DNA from: Candidatus Curtissbacteria bacterium
GTDB taxonomy: Bacteria; Patescibacteriota; Microgenomatia; Curtissbacterales; GWA2-41-24
Length of the DNA stretch: 64,000 nucleotides
Direction: 5' to 3'
Assembly (NCBI GenBank): GCA_030647775.1
Contig: JAUSJC010000010.1
Coordinates: forward strand, 6,208 to 70,207
The translations under genes were made by a program, and so were the position numbers. Positions 57,828-64,000 of the stretch are shown one piece after another (the stretch's first letter is position 1; each line of letters opens with the position of its first letter). The notes beneath the pieces are model-generated. The model worked only from the letters and a program-made list of their open reading frames with translations. It searched no databases and was not told where the DNA came from.

Positions 57828-58700
57828 ATGCCTCTTAAAGCGCTTAACGCTGAACGACTAAAGACTAAAGCCAAAGCTAGCCTAAAAACTCTTGCGTTTG
57901 TCGTTAGTCTTTCGTCCTTAGTCATACTTTTATCCGGCTGTAGTGCTGTCGGCTTCAATAAACCGGCCGCCTTGCAAATAACTTCAAAGCCGGAAGCCTC
58001 GGTTTTTCTGGACGGCAAGCATGTCGGTAAAACCCCGTTTTTCTCCGATCAGCTCAAAAGCGGTAAACACAGCCTTAAAATTACCGTATCCGAAGCCAGC
58101 TTTGTAGATGAGGTCAATCTCACTTCAGGCACGCTGACCGTGGTTAACCGTGATCTTGCACCAAGTTTCTTGGCTCAAGCCGGCGAAACCCTCTATCTCT
58201 TGCCTGGCAAGCACGGCCTTTTCATAACCTCAATGCCCCCGGAAGCAGATGCTACAGTCGACGGTAAGCTTGTTGGCCGTACACCGGTTCTTATGAGCAA
58301 TATCGGAGAGGGTGACCATAAAGTACTTATAACCAAAGATGGCTACATCAGCCGTGAATTTGCCATAAAAACCACCTCCCAATATCAACTCTCGGCTCAA
58401 GTAACCCTAGCTTCGCAGGAAGCTAAGAATATTGCCGAAGGTAATGTTCCGTCACCCCAGCCTCAAATAGCCAGAGTCGAGATTACCGATACGCCTCAGG
58501 GGTTTCTGAGGGTCAGGCAGGATGCATCGATAGATTCGGCGGAGATAGGCCGGGTCAAAACAGGCGATCAGCTTGATATTGTCCGGGAAACAGCGGATTG
58601 GATCAAGGTCAAGTTCCCTGCCCGCAATGCTTCGCAAAGCGATGCAGGCGGGCAAGGGAAACAAGGCTGGATTTCCGCCCAGTACACAAAGAAGATTTAA
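57828..58700 (+). CDS. Lipoprotein with two PEGA domains and a C-terminal SH3b-like domain.
   Basis: Lipobox 'LLSGCSA'. 'VFLDGKHVGKTPF' and 'ATVDGKLVGRTPV'. The 5' end overlaps a family-B repeat copy. Confidence 0.55.
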   Translation: MPLKALNAERLKTKAKASLKTLAFVVSLSSLVILLSGCSAVGFNKPAALQITSKPEASVFLDGKHVGKTPFFSDQLKSGKHSLKITVSEASFVDEVNLTSGTLTVVNRDLAPSFLAQAGETLYLLPGKHGLFITSMPPEADATVDGKLVGRTPVLMSNIGEGDHKVLITKDGYISREFAIKTTSQYQLSAQVTLASQEAKNIAEGNVPSPQPQIARVEITDTPQGFLRVRQDASIDSAEIGRVKTGDQLDIVRETADWIKVKFPARNASQSDAGGQGKQGWISAQYTKKI

Positions 58701-58864
58701 ATTGAAAATTGTAAATTTAAAATTGAAAATTTATATCAGCCTTGCTGAAAACTTCGACATTCATGTCGAAGATGAAAGCAAAGGATGATACATACTTCTC
58801 AATAGGCGGTTTTCAGCAATCTGATGTAAACTGGTTTTAAGCATGAGAAGTTTATAGTTAACCT

Positions 58865-59404
58865 ATGGTTACTAAATCTATATCTAAGCTAATTGACCAA
58901 GCCATTTTACCGACGGCCATACTAATTATCGGTAAAATGGGCGGCCTTTTCTTAACCGTCTATTTCCTGCGTCTTGATTTCATCGTCCGGCCGGCAAGCT
59001 TCCTAAAAATCCTTCCAACAGTCCACTTTCCGGATCCCCAGTCATACATCTTGGCGGAAAACTATTCGAATTTAGCCATGTTCACCCTAGCCTCTCTAGG
59101 CACGATTTTTGTTATCACCCGTGCCCATTTCCTGCACGAAAGCCACATCTCGCCCACGCTTCAGGCGAAACTGGCCAGGCTTAATTTGGAAGTCTTGATC
59201 GCTTCCAGTTACAAGCTTTATCACCAGGCGGCTATTTGGTTAACGTTTCTTTGGCTTTCAACGGCCTTTTTAGTGCTCTCGACCATACTAAATATTACTT
59301 ATCCCCAAATTTCGATTATTGCCTTCATAGTCGCGGCTAATTTTTCCTGGGTTTTTGCCCTTGATGTTGAAAAGGAACTGGAGATCCAAAGAGGCCAAAT
59401 ATGA
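58865..59404 (+). CDS. Polytopic membrane protein, hypothetical.
   Basis: Four hydrophobic segments. Confidence 0.45.
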   Translation: MVTKSISKLIDQAILPTAILIIGKMGGLFLTVYFLRLDFIVRPASFLKILPTVHFPDPQSYILAENYSNLAMFTLASLGTIFVITRAHFLHESHISPTLQAKLARLNLEVLIASSYKLYHQAAIWLTFLWLSTAFLVLSTILNITYPQISIIAFIVAANFSWVFALDVEKELEIQRGQI

Positions 59405-59931
59405 AAGCGCGTCACCTGCTTTTTGCCCCCGCTAATTTTTTCGCCGTACTGGTTTTGGCAGCGCTTATCATAAGCCCCTTTTACTTCGCCAAAAATTTCG
59501 CCAAGGTCGAAGATCCTGAGCAAGCTACAGCCCTGAGCTCGTCGAAGGGTCGAAGGGCCGAAGGTATTGAGCGCAGTCGAAATATCGCCGGAGTCCAAAC
59601 TGTTGCCCCGCTCAAGCTGGAGTTTAGGACGGAAAATTTCCCCAATCTCGCCTTCTCTCAAAACAAGGACAAATACCAAGTGTCCTTTACAAAAGTTGGT
59701 CCAACCCAGGCGTATTTAGGCATAGGGGTTTTGACAAATCAGACCGACACTAAACGCATTTATGAGATAGAAACCCAAAGCCGGACAAAAGTTTTCTTCG
59801 GCCAAAATATTGAAGAGCAAAAAGATCAAATATCACTTGGTGCCGGTGCGTCAACAGCCGTAAGCATCTTTTCGCCGCAAGAAGCTTCAGCCTCGAGCCA
59901 AACGGTAGAATTTAAGATCCAAACACCATAA
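59401..59931 (+). CDS. Exported protein with an N-terminal TM segment, hypothetical.
   Basis: ATGA overlap with the upstream gene. Confidence 0.45.
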   Translation: MKARHLLFAPANFFAVLVLAALIISPFYFAKNFAKVEDPEQATALSSSKGRRAEGIERSRNIAGVQTVAPLKLEFRTENFPNLAFSQNKDKYQVSFTKVGPTQAYLGIGVLTNQTDTKRIYEIETQSRTKVFFGQNIEEQKDQISLGAGASTAVSIFSPQEASASSQTVEFKIQTP

Positions 59932-59988
59932 ACAAAAAATCAGGCTTGACATTATTTAATGTTGTAACGCATTGTGTTACAATAAAGT

Positions 59989-60276
59989 GTGATCAGTATC
60001 CACAAACTTGTCTGGGACTGGTGGAATATAGCCCATATTGCCAGACACAGTGTTACTGCGGAAGAAGTAGAACAAGTTTGTCATATTGATCCAGTTGTAC
60101 AAAAAGGCAAAAAAGGCAGGCTGCTTGTTTTTGGCCCAACGGAAACCGGCAGAATTCTAGCAGTGATTCTTGACCAGGAAGAAGAAAAAGGAGTGTACTA
60201 TCCAATAACAGCGTATAAAGCGAGTAAAAAACTAGAAAAAGTATATTTAAATCAAAAAGGAGGTGATGACAAATGA
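59989..60276 (+). CDS. BrnT-like (DUF497) toxin, second copy, diverged.
   Basis: 'LVWDWWNIAHIARHSVTAEEVEQV...KGRLLVFGPTETGRILAVIL'. Paired with a downstream RHH antitoxin. Confidence 0.5.
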   Translation: MISIHKLVWDWWNIAHIARHSVTAEEVEQVCHIDPVVQKGKKGRLLVFGPTETGRILAVILDQEEEKGVYYPITAYKASKKLEKVYLNQKGGDDK

Positions 60277-60539
60277 CCCAAAAGAAAAAAACAATACCTA
60301 ATTTTAAAAGCCGTGAAGAAGAAGCAAAATTCTTTGACACCCATGACATGGCCGATTATCAACACGAATTTAAAACTGTGAAGGTAAAATTTGCCAAAAA
60401 TCTCTCGGAAGGTATTACAATTCGATTCGATAAACCTACCTTAGAAAAACTTCGGGAACTCGCCCATGAGAAAGGCTTAGGGCCAACAACGCTAGCTAGG
60501 ATGTGGTTACTGGAGAAACTCCAAGCGCATAGAGCTTAA
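60273..60539 (+). CDS. BrnA-like antitoxin, second copy.
   Basis: 'ITIRFDKPTLEKLRELAHEKGLGPTTLARMWLLEKL'. ATGA overlap with the toxin gene. Confidence 0.55.
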   Translation: MTQKKKTIPNFKSREEEAKFFDTHDMADYQHEFKTVKVKFAKNLSEGITIRFDKPTLEKLRELAHEKGLGPTTLARMWLLEKLQAHRA

Positions 60540-60663
60540 AATCCAACCACAATAGAAAAAAAGGTTTCCTGCTCGCAGCTGCTCCCAGGATCTTCGGCAA
60601 CGTTTCGCCTCGACCTCGACTTTTCGCGCAATTCAAATTGAAAGTGCTAGAATTAGCCCGCTT

Positions 60664-61365
60664 ATGAATCTCATCCGCGACGATATTTTAAGCTACCGCG
60701 AAATGTGTGACGCGGAAAACGTCCAAACTTTGCAAAGGGGAATGAACTTTAGGCTAAACCCAAAATATTCCGTTATTTTAATGTCTCAAAGAACAAACGC
60801 GCCTTATAAAGACAAAATTTATTCTGACGGAATAACTATCGAATACGAAGGTCACGATGTTTCAAAAAGGAGCTACGATCATTTTCCAAAACTAGAAGAC
60901 CAACCGGAAAAACTTCCGTCCGGCAAATTAACCCAAAATGGCCTATTCATCAAATCAGTCATAGACTTTAAAAACAATGACAAGGGCCCTGAGATTATAA
61001 AAGTTTACGAAAAAATAATGCCAGGCGTTTGGTCTTTAAAAGGTTTTTTCGACTTAATTGATTACAAAATTTTGCACGACGGGGAAAGAAATGTATACAG
61101 ATTCATTCTAAGATTAAAAAATAATGTCGATTTTGAGACTAACTATCAAATCATAGAACTGCAACATAACAGAATTATTCCTTCGGAAGTTAAAAAGGAA
61201 GTTTGGAAAAGAGACGGGGGAAAGTGTGTAATTTGTAAGGAAACAAAAAACCTTCACTTTGACCACGAACTACCATTTTCCAAAGGCGGAACAAGTCTAA
61301 CGGCAAAAAACGTCCGGCTGCTTTGCATGAAACACAACCTCCAAAAATCCGCAAAAATTGAATAA
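60664..61365 (+). CDS. HNH endonuclease with an unassigned ~170-aa N-terminal domain (architecture resembling modification-dependent type IV restriction or defence nucleases).
   Basis: C-terminal 'EVWKRDGGKCVICKETKNLHFDHELPFSKGGTSLTAKNVRLLCMKHNLQKS' (HNH). AT-rich island. Confidence 0.7.
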   Translation: MNLIRDDILSYREMCDAENVQTLQRGMNFRLNPKYSVILMSQRTNAPYKDKIYSDGITIEYEGHDVSKRSYDHFPKLEDQPEKLPSGKLTQNGLFIKSVIDFKNNDKGPEIIKVYEKIMPGVWSLKGFFDLIDYKILHDGERNVYRFILRLKNNVDFETNYQIIELQHNRIIPSEVKKEVWKRDGGKCVICKETKNLHFDHELPFSKGGTSLTAKNVRLLCMKHNLQKSAKIE

Positions 61366-61492
61366 ATAATTGACGTCCGAGTTTTCTTTGGGTATATTAA
61401 ATTTATTGCCCTACCTTTTGGTCTGGGCTTTTTTTTGAAATTTGTTATGAATAAACGAATAAAAAAGAAAATAAACTGTAAATGAAATACTC

Positions 61493-62869
61493 ATGATAAA
61501 ACTTGTTGACGATCTCGAATCCTTCAAGGATACATTTCCAAAAAATTTCTGGCTCAAAATAAGCAATCAATATCTTAAAATTCCCGAAAAACGAAATTAT
61601 AAAAAGATTATTGAGGAGGTGTATAAATCATTGAACAATCAAAATTATTATCCATCAAAGCCGTGTTATTACATTGATAAAAATAAGGGAAACGGGGTAC
61701 TCAGAAGAATACCTGTCTTGGAACTTAAAGACTATCTAGTTTATTTTTATTGTTTGAAAAAATTAGAAAGCAAACTAGCCATGAACCGCGTACCAAATAC
61801 ATATGGTGGTTGGTCGCTGGGCGGTTTAATTAGACAATCCGAAAAAGAAGAACTTAAACCTCTAACTGGAAATTTAACTTTAGATTGGTCCAATAATTCA
61901 TCTATTCCTACATTTAGTTACAACGAACGTGCATGGGTTCAGTATTATGGCGATTTCCAAAAAAATTTATATGCCCATCTAAATGAGATGCTAAGAAAAA
62001 ATGGCACCAAGTTTTTGATGGTAGTTAAGTTTGATATAGAAAAATTTTATGACTCTATCAGGTTGAATTTACTAGAAAAAAATATAAGGGCTATTTGTGA
62101 CACAAACCACACACCTATAGTTGATTTACTAATACATTTCTTAAAATACTGGAATAGAGACATCAACGGATATGATTCACAACAGACAGGCTTACCGCAA
62201 GATGCACTCGCTGACTGCTCAAGAATCCTTGCTAATTTCTACTTGCAAACGTATGACCAACAAATTTACGATTATACAAATAAAAATAAATCGCACTTCT
62301 TTAGGTATTCAGATGACCAAATTATCATAACTCAAAACTACCAGGAAGCGGAAAATTCACTACATAAAGCATCTATCGAACTCTCTAAGGTGGGTCTAAA
62401 TATTAATAAGGCAAAAGTATCGTACTTTACTCTGCAAGAATTAATTGATCACTTCTCTTTTAAAGAATTTAAGGCCCTTTCTGAGAATAAAAATAACTCT
62501 AAAACCTTACAAGAGGTAGCTGAAAGCTATCTAAATGCTGGGGAACTCACAAAAAAGGAACCGTTGCTTTACAAAATCTTGGATCAAGATTTATCAATTT
62601 TAAGACATGATTTACGAACTCGTTTACTCTCCGATTCTTATGAAAAAAAATTCATTACTATTTATTCGAACTCACATACTTTTTTTAGAATTTACAAGAA
62701 TCTAAAGGGTGAAGAAAAAGTAAGTTTTATTAAATACTTAGATGGTCTTTGTCAAGAAAATGAATTTACAGGTTTTCATTTTGAATTGTTAAACTTCTAT
62801 AGAGAAATCAAAAAGAATACACAGAAAGTCGAGAAAAGAATTAAGGGGTTGCAAGAAAAATGGAGTTAA
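61493..62869 (+). CDS. Reverse transcriptase (458 aa) with a ~150-aa helical C-terminal extension; candidate defence-associated or retron-like RT.
   Basis: RT motifs 1-2 'VLRRIPVLELKDYLVYFYCLKKL', A 'LMVVKFDIEKFYDSI', B' 'GLPQDALADCSRILANFYL', C 'FFRYSDDQII', D 'SKVGLNINKAK'. Confidence 0.8.
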   Translation: MIKLVDDLESFKDTFPKNFWLKISNQYLKIPEKRNYKKIIEEVYKSLNNQNYYPSKPCYYIDKNKGNGVLRRIPVLELKDYLVYFYCLKKLESKLAMNRVPNTYGGWSLGGLIRQSEKEELKPLTGNLTLDWSNNSSIPTFSYNERAWVQYYGDFQKNLYAHLNEMLRKNGTKFLMVVKFDIEKFYDSIRLNLLEKNIRAICDTNHTPIVDLLIHFLKYWNRDINGYDSQQTGLPQDALADCSRILANFYLQTYDQQIYDYTNKNKSHFFRYSDDQIIITQNYQEAENSLHKASIELSKVGLNINKAKVSYFTLQELIDHFSFKEFKALSENKNNSKTLQEVAESYLNAGELTKKEPLLYKILDQDLSILRHDLRTRLLSDSYEKKFITIYSNSHTFFRIYKNLKGEEKVSFIKYLDGLCQENEFTGFHFELLNFYREIKKNTQKVEKRIKGLQEKWS

Positions 62870-63039
62870 CTTGTTAACCAAATATACAAAACACCGCAAA
62901 CAATTCCAGCCGAGCAAAGAAAATGAATTCAGAATTTTGTATTATGGTTTGGCTGCAGTAGTAGATTCCGGAATTACTGTCGGGTTAAACACTTGCACTT
63001 CGGCAATATCTGTCACCTTAATAACATTGGCGGACCGGA

Positions 63040-64000
63040 TTACTGCAATAAACGCAGAAGTTTAGCCGGCAGAAATTGGCTGCCATAAATTATTACAAAA
63101 AGTAAAACTATCCAGCAAATTACCGTTATCAGAAGCGGCTTATCCGAAAGCAATACCCTTTCCGGCGATTCGCCCTCTTTTTTCTCATGAATCACATATA
63201 GATATCTCATTACCCCGTAAATTACAAAAGGCACCGTAGCCATCAGCCACTTGGAAGCTAAAAAGGTTCTTGGCAAATCGCCAAATAAAACCAAAACTTG
63301 CGGCCCCGCGGAGGGTGTTGGTTGGAAAAAGGTAAACATAGTGTAGGAAAACCAGGCGGTTGTCGCAAACATCACAGTCAGTGAATCCAAAAGCGACTCC
63401 GGATAATGCATCAAAATCGATCTGGTCCCCAGTGTTTTTCCTGACGCCAAAAGCAGGGTCCGTTCCGACCTTCTTTTACCAACCGCCAAAAATAAGGCCA
63501 GGGAAGCTACCGTCAGAATGAACCAGATGGTGACATGAGCGTCGATGAGAACCGCTCCCGCAAAAACCCTAAGTAAAAATCCGGACGCAATCGCCATCAC
63601 ATCCAGAAGGATTACCGATCTTAAAAATAGGGAATAGAATATTTGCAAAGTTGCGTAGGCAACCATTGCGACCGTAAAAAACACCGAAATTTTGCTGGCA
63701 ATTAAAACGGCAGCTCCTAAAAGTACAAAAGCGGCAAAAATCGCCACAGCGGGCTTGATTTTCCCGGCCGCGATCGGCCTTTTGCTTTTAAAGGGATGGG
63801 CTCTGTCTTTTTCAATATCGATGACGTCGTTAATTAAGTAGATCGCTGAAGTGACCACGCAAAAAATGCCAAAACCAAAAACAACAAGCCAAAATTTACC
63901 CGGGTTAAAAAATTCCCCTTCAAAAACCAGAGGGGCAAAAAGCGCTATATTTTTAAGCCATTGTCTTGGCCTTGCGGAGATAAAAAGCCATAGAGGGACG
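63040..64000 (-). CDS. UbiA-family prenyltransferase (decaprenyl-phosphate phosphoribosyltransferase-like); N-terminal part runs off the window (continues beyond 64000).
   Basis: 'YLINDVIDIEKDRAHPFKSKRPIAAG' (NDxxDxxxD). Manual upstream translation continues 'RPRQWLKNIALFAPLVFEG...' with no stop before the window end. Confidence 0.7.
   Translation of the reverse strand, partial: VPLWLFISARPRQWLKNIALFAPLVFEGEFFNPGKFWLVVFGFGIFCVVTSAIYLINDVIDIEKDRAHPFKSKRPIAAGKIKPAVAIFAAFVLLGAAVLIASKISVFFTVAMVAYATLQIFYSLFLRSVILLDVMAIASGFLLRVFAGAVLIDAHVTIWFILTVASLALFLAVGKRRSERTLLLASGKTLGTRSILMHYPESLLDSLTVMFATTAWFSYTMFTFFQPTPSAGPQVLVLFGDLPRTFLASKWLMATVPFVIYGVMRYLYVIHEKKEGESPERVLLSDKPLLITVICWIVLLFVIIYGSQFLPAKLLRLLQ

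Noticed and set aside
62871-63065. 64-aa ORF starting 2 nt after the RT stop
   Set aside because: It would need a TTG start with no RBS, and it overlaps the 3' end of the convergent UbiA gene. The region is more likely non-coding (possible RNA element), so it is not called as a CDS.

Overview
This 64 kb window looks like a chromosomal segment from a small-genome bacterium, possibly Patescibacteria/CPR. That assignment is inferred from gene content (arrays of VirB2/TrbC-like pilins, DUF4012, shortened housekeeping proteins) and is not proven. The window spans the replication origin: dnaN and dnaA on the minus strand, then rpmH-rnpA-yidD-yidC-jag on the plus strand, with perfect and near-perfect DnaA boxes on both sides of dnaA. 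Left of the origin lies a ~23 kb type-IV-secretion-like/pilus locus (753-23790). It holds six tandem VirB2/TrbC-like pilin paralogs (one fused to a large secreted N-terminal domain), a secreted 957-aa HEXXH protein, a VirB6/TrbL-like polytopic membrane protein, a long PrgI-like protein, a VirB4/TrbE ATPase, and a 998-aa M23-peptidase fusion. A 1374-aa orphan giant protein lies antisense inside the locus, next to a four-helix-bundle (23S-IVS-type) gene flanked by palindromic repeats. No VirD4 coupling protein or relaxase is recognisable. The rest of the window carries housekeeping genes (rnhA, rplY, valS, tsaD, pyrG, groES/groEL), cell-envelope polysaccharide genes (O-antigen-ligase-like, Wzx flippase, Wzz-like, epimerase-DUF4012 fusion), a VanW protein, a second M23 peptidase, two BrnT/BrnA toxin-antitoxin pairs, and a DUF4258/YgiT-type toxin-antitoxin cassette inserted with a duplicated gene end. 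Near the right edge is an AT-rich island encoding an N-terminal-domain-HNH endonuclease fusion next to a 458-aa reverse transcriptase, which is a candidate defence module. The sequence carries at least four families of short dispersed palindromic or hairpin repeats (TTAGG/CCTAA-type, GACTAAAGACTAACG-type, GTCATTC-hairpin-GAATC-type, and a 27-nt GC-clamped hairpin), several of them in frame inside coding sequences. No tRNA, rRNA or CRISPR array was found by eye.
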